Below, one piece after another: positions 11,804 through 25,565 of a stretch of 64,000 bases of DNA. Under the pieces are notes generated by a model. The model made no database searches. It was not told the origin of the DNA and saw only the letters and a list, made by a program, of their open reading frames with translations. Both the position numbers and the translations under genes were made by a program. Positions within the stretch are counted from its first letter, which is position 1. Each line of letters starts with the position of its first letter. This DNA is from Felis catus (lineage: Eukaryota), in contig NC_058368.1 of NCBI RefSeq assembly GCF_018350175.1, positions 26,972,001 through 27,036,000 of the forward strand. Reading direction: 5' to 3'.

Positions 11804-13229
11804 ATGAATGTAAGAGGTGTTAGAGCCTCACAGGTGTACAAGACCCCGATTAAAGTGGTGACAGAGGCTTCCTGAATGACTGTTACATCAACACAGAGAA
11901 ATAGAAAGCAGGTTGAGGGACTTCTGACCAGACTTCATTCTTTGATGTTAATTCTGTATGCATTCCCCCTGGTGTCTCTATTTCTCTCTTCCCTTCATAC
12001 GGTGTGCCATTCATAGTCAACAATGATGCTTCTGACAGTGATGGCCATCTAGAGACATGGATGTAGCTGAAAATGCTCATATTCAACCCAAAGTCTTTTC
12101 AATTAGGAACATGCCTTGAAGTTTCTGTGTAGTGTGAAGTAGAGAAGTGGTTTGTGTTCTGGGGTTGGTAACAATAGAATCCTTTCTTTTGTGTCTGGAG
12201 CAGATAGAGCTCTGGTGATGTGAAGGATGGAGAAACATGTGACCTCTGAGTTTTCTATTGTGGAGGATGAGTGCAGCAAACAAGACCTACTGCATTGTGA
12301 AGCAGGCATCCTATTTATGGATGTGAGGTCAGCGGAATATAAGCAGATTTCGTGATGCAGGCAGTCAACATGAATTAATATGTACAATTTAGAGTCAGGA
12401 ACCCAAGACTAATCATTCAAAATGCAAATAGAAAAATAGAGGAGATACTCCTGTTTAAGTCCCAGTTCTGAAATGTACGGACTAGATATCTGTTAGGGAA
12501 ACTCGGTCATAGCAAGATGAGAGAAATAAGCAGAAACCAGCCTAAAGGATTCAAGACCTAAAGAAAAGTGAAGCGTTGTTGCTATTGGTCCCCTGGGGTT
12601 CTTCTTCTGAGGCGAGGGATTATACTGTTTCACATTTCAGAAACTATTGTAGCAAGAACCACGTGCATTAGTAGTAGAATTTTTTCTATACCACTTGGCT
12701 AATGAGCTCAAAGACTCTCTCAAACCATCTAGGCCAAAGACAGAGAAACAAAAATGCTGAAGATGTGTCTTTGCTCGTCCTCTCTCCCCTACCAGTTGTA
12801 AATATCTCTACAGCACAACTTTTTTTCGCTATGTAGCTGTGACCAACTTCCTTTGTCCTTCTAGGCATTGAGATGTTAATCTTAATTCTTAATTCCAGTA
12901 CCCTCTGGCAAGATTCCAGGATGGCATATCAATATATAAAAATCAATTCTAGTACTATATACTAGCAATTTACAATAAGAAATGAAATGAAAGTACCATT
13001 TACAATAGCACCAAAAATATAAAATACTTAGGGATAAATCTAACAAAAGATGTGCAAAACCTTTTCACTGAAAATACTTAAAATATTGCTGAGAAAAAGA
13101 AGACCTAAATACATGGAGAGCTAGAACTGAAGTCTCAATATTGTAATGATGCCATTTTTCTCCAAATTGATCTGTAGATTCAATGCAACCCCAATCAAGA
13201 TGCCAGCAGTTTTAAAAATAACAAGATGA

Positions 13230-13445
13230 GGGGCGCCTGGGTGGCGCAGTCGGTTAAGCGTCCGACTTCAGCCAGGTCACGATCTCGCGGTCCGTGAGTT
13301 CGAGCCCCGCGTCGGGCTCTGGGCTGATGGCTCAGAGCCTGGAGCCTGTTTCGATTCTGTGTCTCCCTCTCTCTCTGCCCCTCCCCTGTTCATGCTCTGT
13401 CTCTCTCTGTCCCAAAAATAAATAAACGTTGAAAAAAAAAAAGAT
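13230..13445 (+). mobile_element. Young felid SINEC_Fc-type SINE
   Basis: ggggcgcctgggtggcgcagtcggttaagcgtccgacttcagccaggtcacgatctcgcggtccgtgagttcg with CpGs intact; TSD aaaat(a/t)acaagatga. Confidence 0.97.
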
Positions 13446-13781
13446 AAAATTACAAGATGAATCTAAAAGGTCACACAGGTATGCAAAGAACCTAGAATAG
13501 CCAAAGCAACTTTGAAAAAGAAGAACAAAATTGAAGGACTAAAACTACCTGATATCAAGCTCAGTAATCAGAGTGAGGTAGGTTCTGGTATTACCATAGA
13601 CAAATAGATTAGTGGAGTGACTGAGTTAGAAGTAGATCCACGCATATAGAGACAATTGATTTTAGATACGGGTGCAAAAGCATATCAATGGAATAGTGAT
13701 TGTTTCTTTAACAAATGGCTCTGGAACACTTAGATATCCATAAGGGGAAAAGTAAACATTGAACCATACCTTATAGTATAT

Positions 13782-14031
13782 TTTTTGTTTTTATTAAAAA
13801 TTTTTTAATTTAATTTTGCTTTTATTTATTTTTTTTAATGTTTAGTTACTTTGAGAGAGAGAGTGTGCATGCATGTGGGGGAGGGGCAGAAAGAGAGGGA
13901 ATGAGAGAATCCCAAGCATGCTCCACACTTAGTGTGCCTGACACGGAGCTTGATCTCTTGATCAAAAAGATCACAACCTGAGCCAATTTCAAGAGACAGA
14001 CACTTAACTGACTGAGCCACCCACGTGTCCC
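13782..14031 (-). mobile_element. CAN-SINE (SINEC)
   Basis: cttaactgactgagccacccacgtgtccc end; long T-rich tail. Confidence 0.93.
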
Positions 14032-15289
14032 TATTTTTTAGATGGATACAAAATAGATTATAGACATACATGTAAAACCAAAAACTATGAATCCTGTCAA
14101 AAAAACATATGAAAGAAATCTTTGTGACATTGAATTTGACAAAGATTTCTCAGATATGATATCAAAACCACAATCCATAAAAAAACAAATTGGTAAATTG
14201 GCCTTTATCACATTTAAAAATTTGTTCTTCAAAAAATATTGTTAAGAAAATGCAAACATAAACCATAGATTGGGAGAAAATGTTTGCAAATATATCTGAT
14301 AAAGGATTTGCATCCAGAGTTTATAAATTACTCTCAAAAATTAATAGGAAAGCGAACAGTCCTCTAAAATAATGGGCAAATAATTTGAACAGATATTCCA
14401 CCAAAGAAGAAATATGGGTGGCAAATAAACTCATGGAAAGATGCTCAACATCATTAATCATTAGGGAAATGCAAATTAAAACCCCAATGGGATAATATGA
14501 TAGATGCATTAGAACGGCTATAATTAAAACAACTATCTATATAAAGTATTGATGAGGATATGGAGGAAATGGAGCTTTAACACACTGTGGGAATATAAAA
14601 TGGCACAGTCCTTTTGGAAAGTAGTTTGTCAGTTTTTTAAAAAATTGGACATCCACCTACCATATGATTCCTCTATTCTCACTTTTAAATGTTTACCCAA
14701 GAAGAAAGAAAACGTGTCTGTACAAAGACTTCTATATAAATGTTCATAGCATTGTACTTTGTAATAGTCAAAAAGTTGAAACGACTCAAATGCTCATCAA
14801 CAGAGGAAAGGACAAACTCACTGCAGCATCCATACCCATGCTGAAACTACTCAGGAATAAAATCTGATGAACTATTGATTTGTGCAACACCATGGATGAA
14901 TCTCAGTATAATTATGCTGAACGAAAGAAGCAAGACAAAATAGAGTTCATACTGTATAATTCCATATATCTAAAACTATAGAAAGCGCTAATGAATTTAT
15001 GGTGTCAGAAAGCAAATTGGTGTTTGCCTGGGGGTAGGGAAAGACGGGGAAGGGTGAGAGGGAAAGATGAAAAACTTCAGAGGTAGCAGATAAATATGTT
15101 CATTATCTTGATTGTGGTGGCTTCACGGGTATAACCATATGTGAAAACTTATGAAATTGCACACTTTAACATGTGCAGCGTTCTGAATTTGAGTCATTTC
15201 TCCATAAGGCAACTAACAACAGTACAGTTAAATGCTGTGGTGGGCAGGAGGGCAGGAGTGGACAGGGCATTTTGTGGACATAAAGAAAA

Positions 15290-15670
15290 GAGTGGGTCAG
15301 TCTTTCCTGGGATAGGAGATTTAACAAAGGCTTTATAGGGGAGGTCATCTTTGCTGAGTTGGGAAAGAAGAATAAATATTTGTCAATCTGCTGTAAAAAC
15401 AAAACATTCTAGGTACAGGGGTAGTGTCAGTGAGGGCTGAGAGGTGTGAAGGAGTGTGAAAAACAATTTGAGGACTTGCAGAGAGGTTGAACATCCTTGC
15501 AGCCACGGAGGTAAATGAGCCTAGACAAGTAGGTAGGGGCAGACCAAAGAGGTCTTGCTTGTATCCGGAAGTATTAGGATTCTGACTTTTAGGCACAAGG
15601 GAGCCACTGAAGGTGTTTAATCTGGGAAGTGACAAGCCACATTGGTTTTAAGGAAGAATATTCTCATCCT
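15290..15670 (-). mobile_element. L2 LINE fragment
   Basis: aacattctaggtacaggg...gggagccactgaaggtgtttaatctgggaagtgaca...ttttaaggaagaatattct. Confidence 0.7.
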
Positions 15671-17459
15671 AGAATGAACACTTAACTATGATAATTAAGG
15701 ATATGTAGACTTATTTAGTTAAATAAGACGAGAATTTTCCATTGTTAAAGTTTCCATCTTAAGACTTCCTATGCAAGTATTTTATTTTGAATGATCCTGA
15801 AAGAAATTTGATCAAATAGATAATTTGCCACCAAATACCAATTGTGTGGATGTATAAACATGGATACATATTCTTGGATTTCTCTTTTGTCTTCTCCTTA
15901 CCCCACCTGTCGATACAGAGGGCACATTCGTAACTTTGTTCTAAGGCTGTTTTGACCAAAGACTTCAGATCAGATGTCTTGCCTTAATCTGAATTGTCAA
16001 AGCACTCCACTCCACTACAGGATCATATGAGTAGAGTTGAGAACCACGCTCAGCAGCCTGGGGATTCGGAAAGCATCTCAGTATGCCTGAGCTCCAGTGG
16101 TCCAAGCACTAAAGACCAGTTCCGCCTCTCCCTGGGGTGCTTTGAAAAGCCCCTTTGCAAAGCCAGCATTGCAAGGGCAGCTTTTAATCCCTCAGCTGGA
16201 ATGTTTTACTTTGGACACCATTAAGGGAGGTTGGAAATAATAATACTGGCATGAGTAGAGCATCAAAGAGGAGAGCCCCTTAATTGCCAATCTGCCTAGA
16301 TTCTACTACTACATGGCACTCTCTGGTCGCTAAACTGAGAGCATGCCAAATTTTCCTTTCCTGGTAGAAACAACTTGTTTTTTCTTCTTCCTGGGAACAA
16401 ACCTTTAGCCATATGTGTTGGAAAATGAAATTTCCAAGGGATGCCTCTGTGTGCATCTGGGGAAAACCGAAAGATTTATTGCCTCTGACTTTTAACATTA
16501 ATGGTCTGGTAGTCTTTTGATCATTAGTTTAAAACATCAGATTCAGCACTTACATTTTTGTTGAGTACTGGGAATGGTGACGAGCATTAATTAGAATTAT
16601 TGGAGTATGTACTATAATTTGTTTTTAGTATTCTTTATCTTACATGCTGGGAGGGTTAATATTATATTCAGCAAAGAACCCTGAATTCTTCAAGCTCCTA
16701 AGTAAATAACAGTGAAATAAAATGATGGTGACAATAATTTCACCTGCTTCATCATTTTGCTATGATGACTGATTGTTGAGTTACTAACTATTCAACTACT
16801 TTAAAAGATGGGGAGAAGTGAATGTGTTTGTTACTATTATTATGGTTGTTTTTACTGTTACTCTTAGTTCAGAAAATGACGTCAGTTATATTCTCAGAGA
16901 TCAGTGGTTTGTGTAGGTTTTAAATTGAGTCAAACCATACTAATTACCAGGTGAGGAGCAAGGCCGGTCCCCTGCTGGGAAACAGGTGCATCTCTGTTCT
17001 CATGATGCTGACGTGGCCCTAGCTGTTGTCACTGAGCCCAGCATTTCCATGGCTCCTTTCTCCAAGGTGAGCTCCAGCCCGGGCCACAGAGGCCCCTCTC
17101 TACAGTCGTTTAAAGGTACAGAAGCAAAGTTATGTTTGCTCCTACATGACACAGATCTGTGGCCATAAAAGAAGCATTTCAAACTTTAAAGAATCTTCCG
17201 TGTGTAAGCTTTGACTTGGTTACAAAACCATGGTAAGTGGGGTCTTCTTATCCCCCCTAAGGCATAATTGTAGCTGAATTTCTTCCCTGCCATGTTCTTA
17301 TTAACATCAAAATATATTCATGTAAATACTTTCCTTTAAGCGGGACTAATTCTACTTCATTTATAATAAATCTTCACTAAAATTCAGATGAAGGAAAAAG
17401 GAAGAGTTCTTGAGTTTGATGAGAAACCATTGTATAGTAACTACTGATGATGATGATAA

Positions 17460-17700
17460 TAATAATAGTTGACAGTGACCAAGTATTTACTGTGTCCCAG
17501 GCACTTTTTAATGTGCTTCATGTATGGTTACTAATTTGATCCTTGTAACAATTCTCTTAGGTAGATATTATTATTTTCCACATTTCATAGGTCTGGAAGC
17601 TGAACCCCAAAAAGTAAGTAACTTAGAGTTACACAGCTTGTAAGTGGTAGAGGAAAATTCAAACCCAGGTAGTCTGTTGTTGGAGTCTGTGTTCTGAAGG
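17460..17700 (-). mobile_element. MIR SINE
   Basis: tttactgtgtcccaggcac...ggtagatattattattttccacatttcatag...acacagcttgtaagtggtagag...attcaaacccagg. Confidence 0.85.
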
Positions 17701-17789
17701 AGTGTATTATATTGCTTCTTAATTATATAATCTTTTAAAGAAATCATCTTAAAGACTCAATATAAATTATGACTTAGATGGTATTAATA

Positions 17790-18048
17790 ACTAAAATAAA
17801 ACAATTTATTGAGTGCTTACTTTGTCAGGTACTGTGCTAAGTACTTTGCATATATTATTTAGTGTTTTGGCTGTATTATTTAAACCTCTTAATAATGCTT
17901 TGAGGCAGGTATTATCATTCACATTTTGTAGATGAGAAAAATGAGGCTGAGAGAGGTTTACTGGCCTGCCCAAGGCCAGATAGTAAATTTGAGATAGGAT
18001 TCAAAGCCAAGTCCTTGACTCAGATACTTGTGTTTTTAACCCTATGCT
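17790..18048 (-). mobile_element. MIR SINE
   Basis: atttattgagtgcttac...cattttgtagatgagaaaaatgaggctgagagagg...tgcccaaggcca. Confidence 0.9.
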
Positions 18049-18276
18049 TAAAGGTAATAAAAAGAATTCGGATTGGATTGTTACATTCATAGGCTGCTCC
18101 ATAATGTAAGTTATGTCATTAATTTTGAAATTTTTAGTCAATACAAATAACTTGTACATATCAGAATGGTTGCAGATTCTCAAATGTTTTTGTCTTCCCA
18201 TTTAAAAGTGTTTCGAGCAGTGAGACTGGTGCCTACATAATGCTTTCAATTGTTGGACAAGTTGAAAATCTAGGGT

Positions 18277-18814
18277 CAGGTTTTCTTAACCGTTTTAGTG
18301 TCATGGACATCTTTTATCATCTTTTATAGTTGGCTGGAGTCTATGTCCTGTTTCTCAGGACATCGTGAAGTATGTGAGTGCATGAAATAAAATGCATGAA
18401 ATGATAAGGAACGGATTCTATTGATTACAATTTTAGCTATTATTAAATCAAAGTTGTTTTGTAGTAACACATATGCTTTTTTATTAACACATTATATTAG
18501 GTTTAAGAGTGGTATAATGACTACCGTAATTTCAAACTGCTTAGAAGTGATGATATACATGATATTCTGAAATATCAGCAACAATTACAAGGAGATATGA
18601 AAGTATCTGTGGCTTTGTGTTGGTGACAAATGTGGAAGTACCATTACCGCTACCATGATTTGTTGCCTCAATTCATATTGCAAGCAAATGCTAAATTTTA
18701 GCTGGATGATGGTGAAAATACACATCTAATTTTTTCCCATCTGAGTTTAAGTACCCTCATGAATTCTATCCATGGACCTCTTTGGGATCCATGGGCCTAG
18801 ATTAGGAAATTCTA
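18277..18814. mobile_element. hAT-Charlie DNA transposon (Charlie4a-like), near full length
   Basis: Degenerate termini caggttttcttaac ... agattaggaaattcta; internal actaccgtaatttcaaa, gatatgaaagtatctgtg, gaattctatccatggacc. Confidence 0.75.
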
Positions 18815-19108
18815 GTCCATAGGGTATGCTTAGTCTTATGCCTTTCAAGTAAAAGGTATCCGTTTTTGATGTGCTGTTCACAATTAGGTCCTCAAAATTA
18901 TTTTGCCTCAACATTGCCAAATGTTCTGGGATCTCTCCTTCACCAGTGAGGATCACTCCTCACTACCAAGAGGTTGGCACCAGCAGGGTCTCTGAGGACC
19001 TGAGGAAAACCTGGAAATACTTTCTTTTCTTCATGGCTTTATAGTGTTGGTAGGTTATTTGCCTTGAGGTATGAAGACACAGCCATCACCATTTTAGATT
19101 TTATAGTT

Positions 19109-19312
19109 TTTTTTTAATTTTTTTTTTTTTTATTTTAGAGAGACAGTGTCAACAGGGGAGAAGGGCAGAGGGGAGGAGAGAAAGAGAATCGTAAACAGGC
19201 TCCCCACTCAGTGTGGAGCCCAACACGGAGCTTGATCCCCTGACCCTGGGATCGTGACCTGAGCTGAAATCAAGAGTGGGATGCTCAACCGGCTGAGCTA
19301 CCCAGGCACCCC
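19109..19312 (-). mobile_element. CAN-SINE (SINEC)
   Basis: ctgagctacccaggcacccc end; TSD ttagatttta(t/c)agtt. Confidence 0.95.
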
Positions 19313-20467
19313 TTAGATTTTACAGTTCTAAGGAGAAAAAGCGAAAAGCACAGCAATACCCTTTCAAAGTTGAGAATGGGTTACAGATCCCCAGGAAGTT
19401 CTCTTATGAAGGGCAGTAACAGTAGTAGATGCAGTAAATGGGAGACTTTACTGTTAAAAGGACATTACTGCAGTGACAGAATCCACCAGGATTTTGCCTT
19501 TCCTATAACTTCTTTCCATGCACAGTACTGTATGGTGCTTACACATCGGTTCATTGTTCAGTCAGAAATACTGATTGTGTGTCTGCTATGTCCCAGGCCC
19601 TGAGTTATCATGTCTATCATTTGAATCTCACAATTCTTTGATGTTATACCCATTCTTTAGACTAGGAATCTGAAGCATGTAGTCATTTGAATGTGTCTGT
19701 AAGTCACAGAGCCAGTCATTTGACTTTTTGTGCTGAGTGGTGCCATATACCCTTGTCAGCTCTCCCAGCCTGAGCAAATTAGCTGCCCCAATTCCCAGGA
19801 ACATCTGAGACATGGTGACACAGACTAAAGTGATATATAGGAACGGTGATTTTCAACTGAAATTTGCTGAACTTGTTAAGGGCAGACAAACTGCATTTTG
19901 AAGTTCAGATTGCTATTTGGAGGCAAGAAAGCAGGTTTCAGGTTAATGGGTTTGAAGCCAGATTACTTTGTGCTTGACTGGCTCTTAGTAAATCAGCCAC
20001 ATGTTACGAGTCCTCTCATAAATTCTGTTTGTTCTCCTCCTGTTTTTCTTTTGTGCTGTTTTATTCACTGGTACCCAGTCGTTCTCAACCTCACTTTTCC
20101 ATGATTTTGCTGCCTCTCCTTTTCTACCTTTCTGAAGTTCCCCATCACTTTTTCTCAGGACTCTAGAGGAACAGTGAATCCTTTGTACCCTGTCAAAAAC
20201 CTTCTCCCAACTTTATATTAGATATTTTTCTCATTCCTGCTACCCCTCAACTTACGGTCATTGTTACTCCTGCTCAAGTTTTAGAGTTTAGCGTGACCCC
20301 TTATTTTCATTGCCTTAGTTACACTATCTTCCTGTATACTGCTGATCTTGACGACTCCTCAAAACTCCTCTTAGATTTTACCCCCCCCCCATTACTTCTA
20401 AAGTTTCCATATTCTAGTTGTTTTGATTTTTTAAATTAAATTTTTACTCTTTAAAATGTTTTCTCCA

Positions 20468-20690
20468 GGGGCGCCTGGGTAGCTCAGGCGGTTAAGCATC
20501 TGACCTTTGTTTTCAGCTCAGATCATAATCTCGCAGTTGTGAGATTGAGCCCCGCATCAGGCTCTGCACTGACAGCATGGAGGCTGTTTGGGATTCTATC
20601 TCTCCCTCTCTATCTGCCCCTCCCCCAGTCACTCACATGCTCTCTCTCTTTCTTTCTCAAAATAAGTAAATAAATAAATATTTCAAAAAT
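20468..20690 (+). mobile_element. CAN-SINE (SINEC)
   Basis: ggggcgcctgggtagctcag head; TSD tttaaaatgtttt...cca. Confidence 0.95.
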
Positions 20691-20789
20691 TTAAAATGTT
20701 TTTTTCCAATGACACATGTAATGCAAGGTTACACAAAATGCAGACATTACAGAAATAGATTAATGTAGGAAATGAAAATATGTGATCTC

Positions 20790-21380
20790 ATAATTATCCC
20801 TCCATTTAGGGTCTATTAATCCAAACTCTTTTTTTCCTGTGTGTATACTCACAAATATTAATATAGTTTTAAATTTTATGTGAATATGATTGTACCATAC
20901 ATCTTTTTTTTTTTTTGCAAATTTACTTTTAAAAATATTACTTGGCCGTAATTCACAGATATATATTCATGTCAATAGGAATAGATATACTTCAATTTTT
21001 AAAGTGGTATAGGAGATCATTTTATGTCTGTGCCAGGATTTATTTAATCTGTCTCTTATAGATAGATATTTGAGTTGTGTACCATTTTTTAACCATCACA
21101 GAGTTGCTGTGAATATTCACATATACTCTAATTACCTATAAAAATATAGTGTGTGGGTGTGTACATATGTGTATTGGCAGTAAGAGTAAAGGAAATTTCA
21201 AAAGCAAACTGATAAGTCCATAATTCTCCTCTCATCTAGTGCTTTTGAGTTTCGTATATTCCCTTCCAGACTTCAACTTTTTCGTATTCATGATTTTAAT
21301 CACAGTGTATTTATCATTTTATATCTTGCTTTTTCCATTTAGCATCATTTTATAAACACTTCTCCATGTTGATAAACTCT
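20790..21380 (-). mobile_element. Very old L1ME-like 3' fragments
   Basis: gatttatttaatctgtctcttatagatagatatttgagttgt; cttgctttttccatttagcat. Confidence 0.5.
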
Positions 21381-23269
21381 CTTGGTGTTCCTAATGGAAA
21401 TGTCATTTTCCATCATACTGATATTCTGGCTGATGTTTTTGTCTTCTTCTGCTCTTTTGCTTTCTGTTACCTGTCTCATGATGCTTTACCAGTTCAGGCT
21501 TTCTGCTGCAGTTCCTTCTCTTCTTGCATGTCCTTTGTTAGGCAACTTCATCTCTCCACTCTTGTGAAACCTGAGCAGAAGTGGTTGCAGCCGCTGACTC
21601 CTCTGTGAGGCTCAAGACCCAGCACACTCTTAGTGCTCACTAAATACACGATCATCATTTGTGAAGGAGTGCCTTCCCAGTCATCTCCCTAAGAAGTTCG
21701 TTCCTTCGTGTTGCGGTGCCTCTACAAATAGTACCTTCTGGAAGAATGTGTACCCTGTTGGTAATCCATAAATGCTAAGATGCGTTGTAGGTGTAATTCA
21801 TATTTTCACAGCCATTTATGCAGTGCTTTAGTTAGGCAGTTCAGCACCAAGGAGAGTGACTGTTTGCTTTAGCTTGGGTTCAAGGTCAGTGGAGGATTTA
21901 CTGTGTTTAGGCCTTTGTAGTGCTGTTGGCAAGATGTAATTTTTCCATAATAGATGAAAAGCCAAACCCTGTATAAACACACTTTAATAATGGTGAAAGC
22001 ACTTGTAGAGCTGTACACTGAGGAAATATTAAAGTTCACACTTCTGTAGCTTAGACTTAATTGAAGCAAATAGTCTTCATATTTACATTTGGGTTGTTTG
22101 TTTTATTATCACTTCCTGGAGTGGTTCATCACATGGCTTCCATTCCGCTACACATAACTGCTTAACAGCCTATTCCAGGATTCCATTTGGTCTTTGTCTT
22201 GTCTCCAGGCCTGGGGACAGATTTACATTTTCCTTTGTGGGTCTTCAAAATCCTTGACATGGTATCCTGGCCTCCTTTCCCCTGAATATCTCCAGTGCTG
22301 AGAGGCACTGTTTCCTCATTAGCTGTGGTTCACTGAAAAAAAAAAAAAAATGACTTGAGCGGCTTATTAGGATCTTGAACTGAGCTCTTTTTGTCCATTT
22401 GTGTAACAGGTTCTCAGAATTAGTTCAGGGTTGCCCCAAACCTGTTTTCAGAGAAGGCTCTAAGTCTCATGCTTTCTCTTAAAAGGAACACTAGTGATGC
22501 CTTTTGCCCCATGGACTCAGTAGATTTTTACTGAAACGGAAAGCTTGTCTAGGAGAGAAGAGAATGGAAAGCTGCTAAATCCAGAAGAAAATCACCCTGT
22601 TTTTATGCAGAAAGAGACAGCTTAAATGCTTCTATTTCCTCCCTGTGTGTTGCAGCACTTATCCTGCTTCACCTGCCTCTCCTGAGGCCAGGCGAGGAAG
22701 ATTAAGTCTCTTGAAGGGACACTAGAGCTGCAGTGCTTTTTTCCCCAGTGCAGTGGTGTGAGCTATTTGAGTTGTGCCTTGGCCATCTCCTCAAGAGGCT
22801 TTAATAGAACTTGAGGATTTATGCCCGAGAACCCCCTGAGCTGGACATATTAGAAGGTCTACTACAAAAGCTGCTTGAAAGAATTTCTCAGGTAATAAGA
22901 AATGAGGCTTTCTTGCCTTCCAGTGAAAATGTTCTGGGGGAGCGTGATTTGAAGGATGCCTAAAATCCCCACCAAGCTTATATCTTCTCCACTGACCTTT
23001 GGTGAGATTTGTAGTCATCACAATTAATTATGTATTTGAGTTTTGCCATCGTGTCTCTGAGAAGTACTAATGACAATTCAAATAAATTCCGAAGAGGGAT
23101 TATCACAGTAGTTTTTCACGGGTCCCTCTGCTTCTGTTTTCATCCCTTTACCATCTAATTTTAAAACAGAAGTCTGGGTGATCAAGCCAGACTTCCTTAA
23201 GCCAAAATTGTAGTCTGTCTGACTTCAAAACCAAAAACATTGGAGTCAGTTTTGTGTCCTGTATTTCTT

Positions 23270-23820
23270 TTTTTTCTAATATGAAATTTATTGTCAAATT
23301 AGTTTCCATACAACACCCAGTGCTCATCCCAAAAGGTGCCCTCCTCAATACCCATCACCCCCCCCGTCTCTCCCACCCCCCATCAACCCTCAGTTTGTTC
23401 TCAGTTTTTAAGAGTCTCTTGGAGCGCCTGGGTGGCGCAGTCGGTTAAGCGTCCGACTTTAGCCAGGTCACGATCTCGCGGTCCGTGGGTTCGAGCCCCG
23501 CGTCGGGCTCTGGGCTGATGGCTCAGAGCCTGGAGCCTGTTTCCGATTCTGTGTCTCCCTCTCTCTTTGCCCCTCCCCCGTTCATGCTCTGTCTCTCTCT
23601 GTCCCAAAAATAAAAATAAAAAAAAAAAATAAATAAATTTCAAGAGTCTCTTATGCTTTGGTTCTCTCCCTCTCTAACCTCTTTTTTTTTTTTTCTTCCC
23701 CTCCCCCATGGACTTCTGTTAAGTTTCTCAGGATCCACATAAGAGTGAAAACATATGGTATCTGTCTTTCTCTGTATGACTTATTTCACTTAGCATAACA
23801 CTCTCCAGTTCCATCCACGT
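23270..23820 (-). mobile_element. Young felid L1 (L1_Fc-like) 3' end, 5'-truncated
   Basis: aatatgaaatttattgtcaaattagtttccatacaacacccagtgctcatcccaaaaggtgccctcc; ccacataagagtgaaaacatatggtatctg; TSD t(g/a)tatttct. Confidence 0.92.
23421..23641 (+). mobile_element. Young felid SINEC_Fc-type SINE inside L1_Fc
   Basis: CpG-intact body; TSD aagagtctctt (23410-23420, 23642-23652). Confidence 0.97.
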
Positions 23821-24054
23821 TATATTTCTAACATCCACATTCAATCTCTAAGCAGGTTCTATCAGCTCAGCTTTCAAAACATATTCAAAATTTGATCATG
23901 CTTGCCACTTCTACTCTCCCACTCCTGGTTGAACCAGTATCATATCTTACCTGGTTTATGATAGTAGCCTCCTAACTGCTCTCTGTTTCTACCCTGGCCC
24001 ATTTGGTATATTTTCAAGACAGCAGCTAGACAAATCCTGTTAAAATTAATTTAG

Positions 24055-25565
24055 TCCAACAAAAATGCCAAGATAATTCAGTGCGGGAAAGAATAGTCTT
24101 TTGAAAAAATGGTGCTGGGACAACTGGGTTTCTATGCAAAAAGAATAAAGTTACACTTCCTTCTCTCACACCATATATGCAAATTAATTCAAAATGGATT
24201 AAAAACCTAAATGTAAGAGCTAAAACTATAGAATGCTTAGAAGAAGACAGAGGTGTACATCTTCGTGATCCTGGATTAGGCAGCAGTTTTTAAGATATGA
24301 CACCAAAAGCACAAGTGTCAGAAGAAAAAAGATAGATAATTTGGGCTTCATCAAAATTAAAAATCACCTGTGTGGCTCAGTTGGTTAAGCATCCAACTCT
24401 TGGTTTTGGCTCAGGTCATAATCTCACAGTTTCTGAGTTCAAGCTCCACATTGGGCCTCGTGCTGATAGTGCACAGCTTGTTTGGGATTCTCTCTCTCTC
24501 TCTTCCTCTCTCTGTCCCTTCCCCGCACACACACTCTCTCAAAATAATGAATAAACTTAAAAAATTAAAAACCCTTGTGTTTCAAAGCATATCATAAAAA
24601 AAAGTGAAAAGACAACCCACAAGGTAGTAGAAAATATTTGCAAATCATATATTTCACAAGAGACTTGCATCTAGGGTACATAAAGAACTCTTACAACTCA
24701 AAAAATAAAAAGATATAGCCTAATTAAAAAATGAGCAAAGGATCTGAATAGGCATTTCTCCAAAGGAGATATATGGTCAATAAGTGCATAAAAAGAGGCT
24801 CAATATTATTAGCGCATCTGTGAGATGCAAATCAAAACCACAATGAGACATCACTTCTTACCAACTTAGATGGCTATGACCAAATAGATAATTACAAGTG
24901 TTAAGGATATGGATACTCAAGTAGTACTGGTGGAATATTATAAAAGTTCAGCCGCTTTGGAAAATAGTTTGGCAGTTCTTCAAAAGGTTAAACACAGAGT
25001 TACCATATGACCCAGATATTCTACTTGTAGGTATTTAACTAAGAGAAATGAAAATATATATCTGCATAAAAACTAGTACATAGTTGTTCATAAAAGCATT
25101 ACTCATAATAGCTAGTAAGTGGAAACAACTCAAATGTCCACTGCCTGATGAATGGATAAGCAACACATGGTATATCCCTACAATGGAAAGTTATTCAGCA
25201 ATAAAAAAAAAAAATGAATTACTGACATAGGTTATAAGAGAGATGAACCTTGTGGGCTCAGGGATACACTAAGTGAAAGAAGCCAGTCACAAAAGACCAT
25301 ATACTGCACGATGCCATTTATATGAAATGTCCATAATAGGAAAATCTATAAAGATAGAGAATGTATTATTGGTTATGTAGGGCTGGGAGTTTGGAGGATG
25401 GAGAGTGACTGCTGAGGAGTATGGAATTTCTTTTTGGAGTGACGAAAATATTCTAAAGTTGATTGTGGTGTTTGTTTCACAACTCTGTGAATATACTAAA
25501 AACTATTGAATTACACACTTTATAAATGAATTAATGCATGTCAATCATATCTTAATTCAGATGTT
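24055..25565 (+). mobile_element. L1MB-like LINE-1, ORF2 end and 3' UTR
   Basis: aaatggtgctgggacaactgg; gagttaccatatgacccag; agtgaaagaagccagtcacaaaagaccatat; gttgattgtggtg...acaactctgtgaatatactaaa. Confidence 0.9.
24365..24560 (+). mobile_element. CAN-SINE inside L1MB
   Basis: cacctgtgtggctcagttggttaagcatcc; TSD aaaattaaaa. Confidence 0.92.

Larger units (their letters stand above)
12909..15210 (+). mobile_element. Old LINE-1 (L1MD/ME-like), ORF2 3' half and 3' UTR, interrupted by two SINEs
   Basis: aaatacttagggataaatctaacaaaagatgtgcaa; ccaaattgatctgtagattcaatgcaacccc; atcattagggaaatgcaaattaaaacc; atcttgattgtggtgg...gaaattgcacactttaa. Confidence 0.9.

Noticed and set aside
17225..17238. ACCATG/GTAAGT as a first coding exon ending at ATG
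   Set aside because: No CpG island or promoter evidence upstream; a single motif is expected by chance in 64 kb.
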